Part shown: piece by piece, positions 1 through 12,644 of the stretch
Layout of the letters: each line of letters starts with the position of its first letter
How positions within the stretch are numbered: the stretch's first letter is position 1
NCBI RefSeq assembly: GCF_006345805.1
Contig: NC_043021.1
Coordinates: forward strand, 28,086,001 to 28,150,000
Direction of reading: 5' to 3'
DNA length: 64,000 bases
From: Octopus sinensis
Taxonomy: Eukaryota
Notes under the pieces: generated by a model
Told to the model about the DNA's origin: nothing
Seen by the model: the letters and a program-made list of their open reading frames with translations, nothing else
The model's database searches: none
Program-made: the position numbers and the translations under genes

Positions 1-108
1 GTGTTCCAAATTTGTATTTGCATAGCTGCGCCCTGGGTTCGATCTACTCTCGACTGGCCCCATCCCCAACATTTTGAGTCTTGTGCCTAAAGTAGAAAAG
101 AATATATT
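1..108 (+). mobile_element. 3' part of tRNA-derived SINE (family A)
   Basis: 'ctgggttcgatctactctcgactggcccc...ttgtgcctaaagtagaaaagaa' matches the 3' half of other family-A copies in this window (e.g. 58338-58577, 60755-60945). Confidence 0.6.
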
Positions 109-970
109 TAATCCAGTATAAATTTCGTTCGATTTCCTTCGATATTATCAGAGTAATGGCAATTTTACTGAAATTTTTAGGGGTGTACATACTTCTGTTA
201 GATACCAATGCGGACGCCGTGAATTTGAACATGAGATCATAATGGTCTGATGAGCCTAGTCTGTCACATTAGCTCGATATGGCTTGGCAGAGAGATGCAG
301 CTTTTCATACAAGATATTTTATGTGGCTAGAAATGACTCCAATCAACTTACACACACACACACATACGCACTCATAAACACACACACACATGCATAGCAG
401 CCTTTTTCCAAATGCACATATGCACACATTTTTTTGCTTGTTTTGATAGGTTTTCTTCTTTTTTCATTTTAATGTCAAGCTCCAAATATAGTCTGTAAAA
501 AACAAAAAGGAAGTGAAATGGCTCGAAATAAATATTTGATAAATGCGAGATGAAAATACGAAACAACTTTATATTAATGTCATATGATTATAGAGTAAAT
601 TTTATAGCGCTCCCCTGAAATATTAATTTGAAATAGTTTTAGCATAAGCACACTGCATCACATTTCTAGATATACATATATATATATATATAATATGTAT
701 ACCTCCCTCTCTCTCTCACTCACTTTCTCTTACTCTCTCTCTCTCTCTCCTTCTCTCTCTATGTATGTTTGTATGTATGATTTATGGAGTTTTCTTATTA
801 TATTTAGTAGCATAGTTCAGTGTACGCTGTCCACTTAAGTGACATCGGCTCTATGGCGTTAATCGTTCACCTTCGCCTCACCTCCATTCACTTCCCCTGT
901 ATTTATAGAGACACAAGCCCACGCACATGGACATACGCTAACTGATAAATATAGATATATGTGCAAGTAG

Positions 971-1003
<33 letters not shown>

Positions 1004-1176
1004 ACACACACACACGTTTGTATACGTTTATATAATGTGTGCATACATATATACACATTATCTCAATATATTTATATGTATATATATGTATATGTGTGTG
1101 TGTATAAATGTATATATATACATATATGTATACATACATACATTTATATATATATGCATGTGTATATATACATATG

Positions 1177-1207
<31 letters not shown>

Positions 1208-1212
1208 ATGTT

Positions 1213-1249
<37 letters not shown>

Positions 1250-2021
1250 TTATACCTATATATTTCTCTGTGTGTTTGTAGTTATATATATATATATATA
1301 TATATTATGTGTGTATATATTCATGTGGGTGTTAATATTCTGTGTGTGTATGTGTGTGTGTGTGTGTGTGCGCGCGCGCGCGTGTGTGTGAATATGTGAT
1401 ACAACTTGGTGAGACGCTATATAAAACCAAAATGGAGGCGAAAACGGAAGTTTGGACAGTTAAGAGATAAAGACAATGCAATTGACGGCGATGAGTTTAT
1501 TAAATACACAAACTGAAACCATCCGAATTTAACATTGAAGTCAGCCAGCATTAAAAGAGCCATGGAGGGGAATACATTAAAAAAACGAACATTGTTTCTT
1601 TTTTTATTCGGTACAATCGAGTAATAATGAAAGTCGTTAGGGTGGCGGTGGTGGTTGCCTTCGTCTTCATACTGTTGTTAGTTTGATGAAGTAGATTGGA
1701 CGGTAAATAAAGTTAATTTGGTATCTGTTGGTGTTGTGCAATGTCAGTGTTGATACAATGGTGGCGTTGGATGTTGGTGGTAAGTTTGCTGGCATTAATT
1801 GTAGCGGTTTTATTGGTAAAAAAAAGACAAAGAAGGCATCATTGTTTTATGAACTGGAAACGAGGTTTTTATGCAGATGTCTTTCAAATAATTATAGCGG
1901 TGTTGTTGATGGTAGAAGACAAATTGTAGTGGCTGTTGTTATAGTATTCGTTGTAGTACTAGATATGTATCGTTAATACTCGTTGAAATAATTACCAGTC
2001 TTGACCTAACTGTAAAAGTGC

Positions 2022-2063
<42 letters not shown>

Positions 2064-2122
2064 TAATAATAATAATAATAATAATTATAATAATAATAAT
2101 AATAACAACAATAATAATAATA

Positions 2123-2157
<35 letters not shown>

Positions 2158-2185
2158 TAATAATAATAATATAATAATAATAATA

Positions 2186-2241
<56 letters not shown>

Positions 2242-2254
2242 TAATAATAATAAT
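2022..2254. repeat. (AAT)n microsatellite
   Basis: Direct inspection; explains the poly-L/Y/I ORF 2006-2362. Confidence 0.97.
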
Positions 2255-2256
2255 CC

Positions 2257-2450
2257 TTTCTACTAAAGGTACAAGGCGTGATATTTGTGGGTAGTCAATT
2301 AGTCGATTAGGGCAGGGGACTAGTGGTATTTGTTTTATTGACTCCAAAAGAATGAAAGGCAAAGTCGAACTCGGCAGAATTTGAACTCAGAACGTTGCGA
2401 CGGGCGAGATACTTTTAAGTATTTCGTCCAAGTTGCTAACGTTCTTTCAA
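2257..2450 (-). mobile_element. tRNA-derived SINE family A
   Basis: 'gaatgaaaggcaaagtcgaactcggcagaatttgaactcagaacg' = reverse complement of the B-box-containing core shared by more than 10 copies in the window. Confidence 0.8.
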
Positions 2451-4008
2451 AATTTGGCATAAGACCAGAAGTTTTTGAAGGAAGGGAGTAAATCGGTTAC
2501 AAGCTCCGTGCCGTAGTGCATGGCTTAGTGCAAAATAATAATGATACCTGAAGACAGAGAGAGCAACACCTACAACAATGGGAACCATAACTGCAACATC
2601 AAAGCAAACCCATTGCCTGACAGTGAAAATCGAACGTTGATTGACTTAGCAGAGTAAATCAACATGGAGTGGGTTCTGAGCCACCAGCATTGCTTAGAAA
2701 TGCCGGACATAATCGTGCTTCCTCTGTAAGGGAAAGGAAATTTAAAAAGAACTATCACTTCAAGCTGATCAACAGGAGACAGAGGAGTAATAATCCATTA
2801 CCAGGACAAGCAGGGAAATACATCAATGGCGTGCGGGAATCAGTATGGCTGTAGAGAACGTTAGAAGTATTATAATTCAACGGAGAAGAGGTAATAAAAG
2901 TATTTACACATACTTGCTCCTCCTAGGAAAATATAGATCTACATGCGTATTTGGGCAATGTATAAGGTGACACTATATAATGTGCATTCTGAAATGAACT
3001 TTAATTCAATTAGGTTAGAATGACTTTTGAGGAGGAGGAGGAGGAGTAGGTTGTTTATATGACAAGGATCCTACACGCAAACTGGTCCGAACTACACGTA
3101 AAAACACATGCTGCTCGCTGAAGAAAATTTCCTAAAATCCTCTAAGTTTTAACCCTTGGAGAACGGTGATTTCGTAAGAGTTGTAGTAGAAGGCAGTGGG
3201 GACCAGGTTTTACACTTGTGAAAACATCAACCACCAGAAAGCGTCCAGTCTTCTAATAAAAAGAATTACACACCACGTCTCTATTTCAGCCACAGTCGAA
3301 ATATGAGCGAGTCCGACATGCAAATCTGGAATTGATGAATAACTCAAAATTGAAACACTGAAGAACCTGGCTTCACCTCTTCTGCCTGAAAAATCGTCAA
3401 ATGACAAAAAGAAAACTGAAAGTGAACCAAGAGGGTGAGAAACCATAAAGATTCTCAAAGAAAGAAAGTTCATAAGATCTCCACTACATTCGAAACACAT
3501 TAAAAATTCCTTTTTTTTTTGCATTAATTTGTGAATATACAATTGCATAATAACGCAAACATATATGCAAATACCTGAAATTAATATTAAATTAATATGT
3601 ATACTGAAATTAATTTTTAAATGCGGAAGAATGCAAATGGTCGTAGGTCAAATAAAATGTATATTCATGTCTCACATATGATTTTATTCATATGTGTGTG
3701 TGTGAGTGTGTGTGTGAGTGTGTGTGTGAGTGTGTGTGTGTGAGTGTGTGTATGTGTGTGTGCACTGCACTTCAATTATTTCGTTGTGTGCAACAATACT
3801 GCCGATGTTTTAAACGCACTGAGTGTCAGCGTCATCTCACATTTCGCAGTCTTTATAACTATTATTATAACTAGCAAATTGATACCTTATATCACAGCAT
3901 ATTTTCATTACAATCTTTGTCACATGAGTATTAAACTCAGCTATAATCTTGTCACATGACAATGTAATAGAGGTGTAACGAAAATACTCTGACAGCTAAT
4001 CTAAATTT

Positions 4009-4051
4009 CAATAATAATAATAATAATGATAATAATAATAATAATAATAAC

Positions 4052-4111
<60 letters not shown>

Positions 4112-4151
4112 AATAATAATAATGATGATGATAGTAATAATAATAATAATG

Positions 4152-4209
<58 letters not shown>

Positions 4210-4229
4210 TAATAATAATAAGAAGAATG

Positions 4230-4303
<74 letters not shown>

Positions 4304-4340
4304 AAGAAGAAGAATGATAATAATAATGATAATTATTATA
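4009..4340. repeat. compound (AAT)n/(GAT)n/(AAG)n microsatellite
   Basis: Direct inspection. Confidence 0.97.
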
Positions 4341-4389
4341 ATTATAAAAAAAAAATAATAATGATAATAACAAAATGTGAAAAGGTACT

Positions 4390-5345
4390 GTTTAAAAACG
4401 AAGATGAGTACTAAACAATATGATTAAAATAGATTATAGTCAATGTTATGTGAGTCGTAAAAAATAATACAGAATATACATGTGTGTGTCGATAAATGTA
4501 TGTATGAATATGTATATGTATATATATATACACAAAAAAATTCAGGGTGAATACTTGATGACTGTAAGCACCTGTATGTGCCAGCTAGTGGTATAGGTGA
4601 TAGGATATATTTATCAAAAGAAAAAACAGGATGCAAAGGGTTTTGCGGTACATATGTTTCTGGCTTTATTGAGCAATTTATATCGATGCATAATTGATGT
4701 AATTTGTATGTCAATAGCCTTCTTCAGCCGCGTACAATTACCACACCAAAGACATGTATTACATTATAGCAGGTTTGAGAAGAAGTTTGGGGAAAAAACG
4801 AGTTTCATTGGGTAGGTAAATCCTCATAGTCGTATATGGCATAGCGAGACACCAAAATAAAACGTCCATACCGTTTTTTCAGTCGATAAGGAATGAGGTG
4901 GGTTGGATGTTGAGAGAAAGAGGGAGGAAGTGAAGGGGGTGACTCTTTAATGAAGTTGGGATCACAAAGAGGAAAAAGTATATGTATAAATCTAAACATG
5001 ATTATACAGGATAATAGTAAGTACAAAATGTAATAAAAAGAGTAAAGGTGTAAAAAGATAAGTATATACAGATACAAAGTATGTCATGTGTAGGGTCATA
5101 AATTCTAGAGATGTATTGTGACAGTGTAGAAGGTATCAGACCTAAAGGGTAAAGAGTAAAATCAAAAGTAAGGAATAACAAGGAAATACAAATAAGGATA
5201 AAAAAGCGAAAAAATAAAGACGAAAAATAAAAGGATAAAAAGATAAAAGAAATAAAAAGTGGACATAAGGATAAAGTAAGATAAGAATAAAGAGATACAG
5301 AAAAATACATGGCGGTTAGAGATGATGGGTTAGAAATGATGTTTT
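4390..5345 (-). mobile_element. non-coding HHR-bearing repeat (PLE pLTR-like / retrozyme-like)
   Basis: Contains an HHR at 4645-4731; segments 5278-5345 and 4600-4672 recur fused and inverted at 7350-7480. Confidence 0.55.
4645..4731 (-). ncRNA. type I hammerhead ribozyme with long stem II
   Basis: Minus strand: GCGG CUGAAGA A GGCU-AUUGA...UCAAU-aa-AGCC A GAAA CAUAUG UA CCGC. Stem I GCGG/CCGC, palindromic stem III ACAUAUGU, GUA cleavage triplet. Confidence 0.7.
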
Positions 5346-6042
5346 AGTGGGTGTCATAAATTAAATCCTAATTATCTGGGGAGTGGTATGGTAGTGGGTG
5401 AAAGGTTAATTTAAGTTGTATGTTCTAAGTATGGTGTGTGTCTATAGACTTATCTACTTTCGCATGTAAAGCCGTCTGGAACGGTATTATTATCAATCAA
5501 CATATATATATATATATACATACACATACACATACACGTACACGCACACATACACATACACATATATTCGTATACACATACACACACACGCATATAAATG
5601 TATATATACATAGACCCATATAAAAGTACACACCCAAAAAGAAAAAGATAAATATATATGCACGCACACACAGATACACACACGCACACGTATATATATG
5701 TGTATACATAGATATGGGAAAGCGACCACTTTTTTACCTTCATTTATAAATATATGTGTATACATATATACATAACCCTACACACATATATACATATACA
5801 CGTGTAGCCTGTCCTGTACTTGTCGTAACATTTTTGTTTTTCCCATTTCTACGTCTTGTTGTGGCGTCCTGTACTTACGTATATTTATTTATATGTGCAT
5901 GTATATATACATGTAGATGTAGGTACGTACATATATGTTTGTATGTATGCATATATTTTTATTTATCACATTATTGTCTGACAGCGCCTCGCGTCAGGTT
6001 CGTTCCGATTTGTCGACTCGTTCCACTTCTTGTCTCCATTCA

Positions 6043-6100
<58 letters not shown>

Positions 6101-6341
6101 TATATATATGTATGTATGTATGTATGTATATGTACACATGTACACATATACAATGATACCTAAACATAAACAAGCATATGCATACACCGACATGTATGCG
6201 TCCGTACAGGTTCACCCAATCTCATGCATGCACACACCTGTTTACATATGCATATATACCCCCACATGCACAGAAACTAGTGCACCCATTCACATGTATG
6301 CACACACGTGCATATGTATTCTTATGCACTCGAGCAAAGAT

Positions 6342-6374
<33 letters not shown>

Positions 6375-6376
<2 letters not shown>

Positions 6377-6700
6377 CGGGAAGCTTTATGAAAATAGACA
6401 AAAGACGAAGGCAAGTTTACGGAAATAAACAAAAGACGAAGGCAGGTGGAATACAAACAAACAATTGTATTAGTATGGCGCTCAGGAAATATAAATAAAA
6501 CAAGTCTTTAATGTTTCGAGCTTAAGCTCTTCAACAGAAAGATACACAGAGAAAAAACACAGAAAGTAGGAGAGAAAAAAATATGCGTGCAGAAGCTAGC
6601 GAATCAACATGGCGATCTGATTTCGGCCAGAAGTCAAAGATCAAACATGAGACGCAAGAGCGAAATTAGAGGAGATAATAGGGTTGAATGACCTCGCTCC
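6375..6700 (-). mobile_element. short HHR-bearing repeat embedded in (TA)n
   Basis: 6375-6520 is the reverse complement of 48351-48480; contains a degenerate HHR. Confidence 0.65.
6505..6542 (-). ncRNA. degenerate minimal type I hammerhead ribozyme
   Basis: UCUUU CUGUUGA A GAGC uuaa GCUC GAAAC AUU AAAGA. Stems I and II intact; A6U and loss of the ACGU stem III palindrome (the copy at 48351 has GAAACGUU). Confidence 0.6.
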
Positions 6701-7349
6701 AACATATATACACATACATACATAAACAAATACATTCATACATACATACACATACACATAAATATACACATCCATACAGACATATATATACACACACAAC
6801 TACACGCGCACACATAGAAATACTCACATGCACATATATGCCCATATATGCATATACACACGTGTGCACAAATGCGTGTACGCCTGTGCAGGTATATACT
6901 TCCACGCAAGGGTACGTGTAACTCTCGAAATATACAGATCTCCACACCTATGCGTTCGAAGATTCATTCCCGCACACACGCAAAAAGAACCCACATAGTC
7001 TAAATGTCTGTCTCGAATACGGTGATGTAGCGATTATAAACAATTATAAATAAAATAAATAATTAGCAAGTTAATGATGCGTAAATCAGAAAAGGAAGGA
7101 AAAAAGAAAAAGTGAAGAGATGCGGCATACTTAGAGGAAAATAAAAACAGAAATAAAAATATGGAACAATAAATTAAACAAAAGTTTAGAGGATTAGAGA
7201 TTAAGAAATTAAAATAGAGGGGAAAAAGGTGAAGATGTAGGTAAAAAAACATTAATGCAAAAAAAATAATAAACACAAAGGTAAAAATAAAAATAAAAAT
7301 AAGAATAAAAATAAGAATATAAAAATAAAAATAAAAATAAAAATAAAAA

Positions 7350-7612
<263 letters not shown>

Positions 7613-7633
7613 TTATATATATATATTATATAT

Positions 7634-7665
<32 letters not shown>

Positions 7666-7694
7666 ATATATATATATATATATGTATATATATA

Positions 7695-8536
7695 CTAGCA
7701 GAATTGCTCGGCGTTGCTCGGGGCTGAATTGCTTGAAAGTACTGTTAATGATTGCACTGAATTATGATGATTATTCAGGCAAATATTGATATAAGTTTAG
7801 GGTGGGAGATAAGGACTTAACTATCAAACGTGTGCCATTGCATTGTTTTGGGGGAACCAAATTTCTGATGAGCATTATAAGGGCACCAACTTTAAGTTTG
7901 AGAAAGTGTGGTGGTAGTCCGGGGTGCTCAAAGGAATTGAGTACCTCTATTGGATAGGTGATGACGTCCTCTGGGTCAGGAGTTGTATCGATAGACTGAT
8001 ATACATAGACTTCCCCAGGAATGAGTTTTAGCATTTCATCATTAATATGGTGAACAGTTTTATTCCTCGGGACCAGTATAGCCTTTTTGCCAATCCAATC
8101 CATATTCTGATAATTAGCTTGTAGATCTGGGAACACTGCATCTCTGAGATCAGAAGGCGTCTTAACAATGGTACAAATGGAATCGATGGCAATATTACCA
8201 TTTTCATCCCCTGGTATTTTGCCTTCGCCAAGTGCAAGGAGGGTGTGAGGAAATGCTGCTGATGTGATATTACGTCGCATATGAGCACGCATATTGGTGT
8301 GAAGTTTGAGAGTTACTTCCCTTTATTTAAAAAATATGCATTAAAATGGAAAAAATGATGGTAAATTATTTGTAAAATCATAGACTCATCGTAGACGCGC
8401 GCTAATACGCAGAAGGACTCGATATGAATCACGACTATAAGATACCCGGTTTTGGTTAAACTGCATCGCAAAATGTGGGAGTAGTTAGGAATCTAAATCG
8501 GAGTAGACAGACACACAACCTTTCTTTTATATATAA
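7695..8536 (-). mobile_element. Helitron deletion derivative carrying a Pif1-family helicase fragment
   Basis: On the minus strand a GC hairpin (cccgagcaacgccgagc) precedes the terminal CTAG|T. About 230 bp of the 5' part is shared with 39044-39439. Confidence 0.85.
7771..8292 (-). pseudogene. Helitron RepHel Pif1 helicase fragment
   Basis: Motifs NMRAH, AILVPRN, GLPPHFLKLKVGALIMLIRNL...CNGTRLIVKSL typical of Helitron helicases; truncated at both ends. Confidence 0.9.
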
Positions 8537-8537
8537 A

Positions 8538-8890
8538 TATTTTCGTCCTAAAAAACTTTGTATGGATTGAATGGTTACCTCTATGGAAATATATACACGC
8601 CCATTATACATACATGTGTGTATAGATGAATATATAAATACATTTAAATATCTATATACACTTTTGGGCGATCTTTCTGTTTCTTAGAGATAACTTTAGA
8701 TCTTATTTTCGTCCTAAAAAACTTTGTGCAGAGTGAATGGTTACGTCTATGGAAATATATACACACACATTATACATACATCTGTGTATAGATGAATATG
8801 TAAATACATTTAAATATCTATATACACTTTTGGGCGATCTTTCTGCTAATTGGATATACTTTAGATCTTATATTCGTCCTAAAAAACTTT
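8538..8890. repeat. ~166-bp tandem repeat, ~2.1 copies
   Basis: 'ttcgtcctaaaaaacttt' at ~8542, ~8708 and ~8873 with matching intervening sequence. Confidence 0.9.
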
Positions 8891-9199
8891 CCTGTCACAC
8901 ACTTACACACACACACACACACACACACGCACCCTCACACACACACACACACGCACACACACACACACACTCACACACACGCACACACACACACACACAC
9001 GTTAGCTTACAATTTTATTTATATATTTGCGTGTCTATGTGTGTAAAGAGGAAGTGGGAATGCAGAGTGAAAGAGTCACTCACTACAAAAAGTGAATTAC
9101 TTTCACTTTAATCGTTGCACACTTGCAAAGACAAAGGAGGAGAAATTAGTGTGATAGCGTCAGTGAAACAGTTCGCTCCCTTTGTGTGTGTGTGCGTGT

Positions 9200-9430
9200 G
9201 TGTGTGCTGTAGCCCACACTAAGAAAAGTACTTGACTTAGACACCACAATGTGAGTTTTCTCTAAATTTTGCTTAATTGGGGTTGAAATTTGAAAAACTG
9301 GACCTGGCACGACCCGATGCATTCTACTCTTAAAAATGCTAGGTAAATTGTAATTGAAGAAATCCTATATTGTAGATTTCTATAAGAGACAAAGGGAGGC
9401 AGATAAAATCTGCCTTTTATAATAAGAGAT
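9200..9430 (-). mobile_element. probable 5' end of a non-autonomous Helitron
   Basis: Minus strand begins a|TCTCTTATTATAAAAGGCAGATTTTATCTGCC (TC start, short hairpin); no matching CTAG end found. Confidence 0.4.
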
Positions 9431-9603
9431 ATATATATAGTGACGTATATTTGCCATTTGAATATGGCTAACCCCTAAGGGTGGATGCTACTGTAGTTTG
9501 TAGCCCCAGGAAGACACCTCCTCCAGCTGGCTATAGACACACTTTCTGTGCCCTATCAGTATTTGTGAAGGGAAGTCATCCTTCCCGTCTTCAACTTATG
9601 ATA

Positions 9604-9648
9604 CACACGGACTCGAGTTTCAAGGTATTGACCTATCATCGGCGTGTG
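9604..9648 (-). ncRNA. type I hammerhead ribozyme, U4C variant
   Basis: CACACG CCGAUGA U AGGU caau ACCU U GAAA CUCGAG UC CGUGUG. 6-bp stem I, palindromic stem III ACUCGAGU, GUC triplet. Confidence 0.75.
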
Positions 9649-9708
9649 ACAATTATATATATATATGTGTGTTTGTGTGTGTGTGTCTGTGTGTATGTGT
9701 ATGTATAT

Positions 9709-9743
<35 letters not shown>

Positions 9744-9822
9744 TATATTATATAGGGCATTATTACACATAAATGCCTCACACTAGGAGGGACATAAATA
9801 TATATATACATATGTAAATATG

Positions 9823-9865
<43 letters not shown>

Positions 9866-10205
9866 AGATATATATATATATATATATACATACACGTACA
9901 TACATAGACACACACTCACACATACACACTCATACACACACACATATATATGTATATATTTGTTGTATGAAATTCTCAAAGCATGTAAATATTCAGTTGA
10001 AAAACGCTTTTAGATAGAAAATGTCGAAGGCTTTCCGAACCCACTTGGAACCCACATTTTCTGTAGAGATATATGTTTAAGGCTTTGGACTTTTCTATCC
10101 ATACGGGTTTTTCAACCCAATATTTACATTCTAGTATTTATAGGTTTAAAAGTGCGTTTCAAGTATTCCAAAAACTAATCGTTTCACGTTTTTACAAAAT
10201 TTTAT

Positions 10206-11090
10206 AAACTTAGATAAACTTAGATATGTTTCGACCAAAGATTGGTCCAGGCCATGTCTAACTTAATAGCACCACCTGATAGGATTATTCGAATCCTGTT
10301 TAAGTCAAGTTTTGTTCAAGTAGTGAGTTCTTGTTGGGTGAGTTGTATCCAGTTTTGTTCAAGTAGTGAGTTCTTGTTGGGTGAGTTGTATCCAATTATG
10401 GGTGGCTTATCTGGTATTCTTTGAAGGAATCTATCCAGACTCTGTTTAAAGTTGATGGGATCCTTTTCCTCTTTGATCTCCCTCGGGACAATGTTAAATA
10501 GGGCAGGGCCTGTTGAGGAAAAGAAATTATGTTGCAGTGTACATGTATGCTGTGATCTTGAATTGGGCAGGAGACGTATGGCCCGTGGTCCAAGTCTTGG
10601 ATGAACCTTGAAGCTAATGTTTAGGTCGTTTGGGCAAAGTTGGCGGTATATTTTCCACATCGTACAAATGATGTACCGCTCACGGCGACGCTGGAGGGAG
10701 TGAAGTTTCAAGGCTTTAAGGCGATCCCAATAATCGAGAGCAGCCATGCCTTCAATTTGTTTAGTGAGTGCCCTCTGGGGTGACTCAATTCTGGAGATGT
10801 TTTGTCTTGTGTGAGGAGACGACAGTGGGCAGCAGTATTCAAGGTGTGGCCGTACAAAGGAGGAAAAAAGTGGTATGATGACACCTTGTTCTCTGGACCG
10901 GAAAGTTCTTAAGATCCAGGAACTCATCCTACGAGCTATATCGACCTTCTTGTTGATGTGTGCACTCCAACTGAGATCGTCATCAACAATTACACCCAGG
11001 TCTCTGATATTGTAAGAGTCTGTGAGCGGTTCCCCTGAAGGAAGAGAGTATGGTTGTTTTAGTGAGGAATTTCTTCCAAAATGCATCAGC
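10206..11090 (-). mobile_element. 5'-truncated CR1/L2-group LINE (RT C-terminus, 3' UTR and short repeat tail)
   Basis: ORF 10316-11086: LGVIVDDDLSWSAHI, FVRPHLEYC, LHSLQRRRERY; tail (tctaagttta)2; 43-bp tandem duplication at 10308-10393. Confidence 0.9.
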
Positions 11091-11094
11091 TCAA

Positions 11095-11305
11095 ATATTC
11101 CCTCATTCAGTTATACATACTTTATGGCGTAATATATATAATACTAATAAAAAGGGTTCAGCAAAGTGTGGTGAAGCAATTCTTTGCTGAACCCTTTTTA
11201 TTAGTATTACTTAAGTTTACCGTGAAACGGTCCTGTTTTCATACCGAATTCTACTTGGTGAAATTTATTGATTACTTCTTAATTAATTAATTTTACCCTT
11301 TGTTA
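11095..11305 (-). repeat. short interspersed repeat with a 28-bp fold-back hairpin (11139-11209)
   Basis: taatactaataaaaagggttcagcaaag-15 nt-ctttgctgaaccctttttattagtatta; the body is homologous to 61690-61830. Confidence 0.75.
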
Positions 11306-11329
11306 TTATATATAGTCTCTAATTTATAT

Positions 11330-11362
<33 letters not shown>

Positions 11363-11543
11363 TATATTTTGTGAAATTTGATTTAGTATTTCTAAATTGA
11401 ATTTTCCCTGTAAGTTTGGAATAATATTCCCTCATATATGTATGTGTATATATATACATATACATGTCTTTACATGTATATAGAAGAGTAAGAGAAAGAA
11501 AGAGAGTGGGGGAGAGAGAGATAGTGAGAGAGAGATAGTGAGG

Positions 11544-11583
<40 letters not shown>

Positions 11584-12644
11584 CAATTCAAGGAGATTGA
11601 TATATCTGAACTGGAGCCTCTGTCAGCGCTTCTGAGAGTACTATACAGGCCAAAAGTGTGTACAGAAGTGGGCAATTTTCCTTAAAGCAAACCATTCGTG
11701 AAAATTGAAATTCGATGTATATCTGCTGCACAGAAAAAACTCCGGCAAGTGACCGCCCCTTGTTCTAAGATACTGAACAGAAAAGAACGTTTAAGTCGTA
11801 TCTCTTAAACCAGGGTTGTACGAAAATCTATTTTTGTCTTATATATTTCAGAATGTCGCTGTAAGTCAGAGTGGTTTTATGAGATTGATAAAAGATATTG
11901 TATAGCATAGCCTACTCTTATCTTGTGCGTGTATATATTTTACAGATTTTGGATACTGAAGTATTAGCTATTAACATCGTATTATTCACCATTACATGCA
12001 AAACTTTGCTTCAAGATATTTTGGTTTGTCTCCTGACAGAGTAGTTTTAATGAGTACACAGCATTATATCGAAGTATTTTATTATTCCATTGATAAATAA
12101 TTGCAATGAAATATATTTGTGGCAAACAACGCCGAATGCTGGTTGATTTAAGTAAACATATCAGCGGGCTGTTGTATGTCACTAAAGTTTTCAGATGCTT
12201 TTTGATGATAGATGTCTGCAACCGAATTGTAACGTATTTTGCCGTATTATACATTAGACATTTGACTAAAGTCTTTTACTGTGAGACATCTATGAAGACG
12301 GTTGTGTGAAGCTGTTCTCGAACATTATGTTCCGTACAGGAAATCGCTTTGTGCAACTATGGGTCGGAGGCATACTAATGTGCCATTGTAGCAGTTCACT
12401 TTCCCGATCAAATTCTTCATCTATGACTTTTGAATATAGAAGATATGATTATTGAAAAGTTGCACACCTCGACGCGAGTGCGCGCGCGCGAATGTGTTTG
12501 TGTGTGTTTTGTGTGTGTGTGTATGTGTGTATCTATGTATATATATGTATGTGTGTGTATGTATATATTATGTATGTATATATGTATATATTATATACCT
12601 GTGTATGTGCTGTATATGTATGTAAGTATGTATTATATATATGC

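Noticed and set aside
245-290. CTGATGA followed by ...gctcGATA, hammerhead-like
   Set aside because: GAAA is replaced by GATA, and stems I and II do not pair convincingly.
859-1399. Long ORFs of Y/I/C/V/H/T dipeptides here and throughout the ORF track
   Set aside because: They are translations of (TA)n, (TG)n, (CA)n, (AAT)n and (TCTA)n microsatellites.
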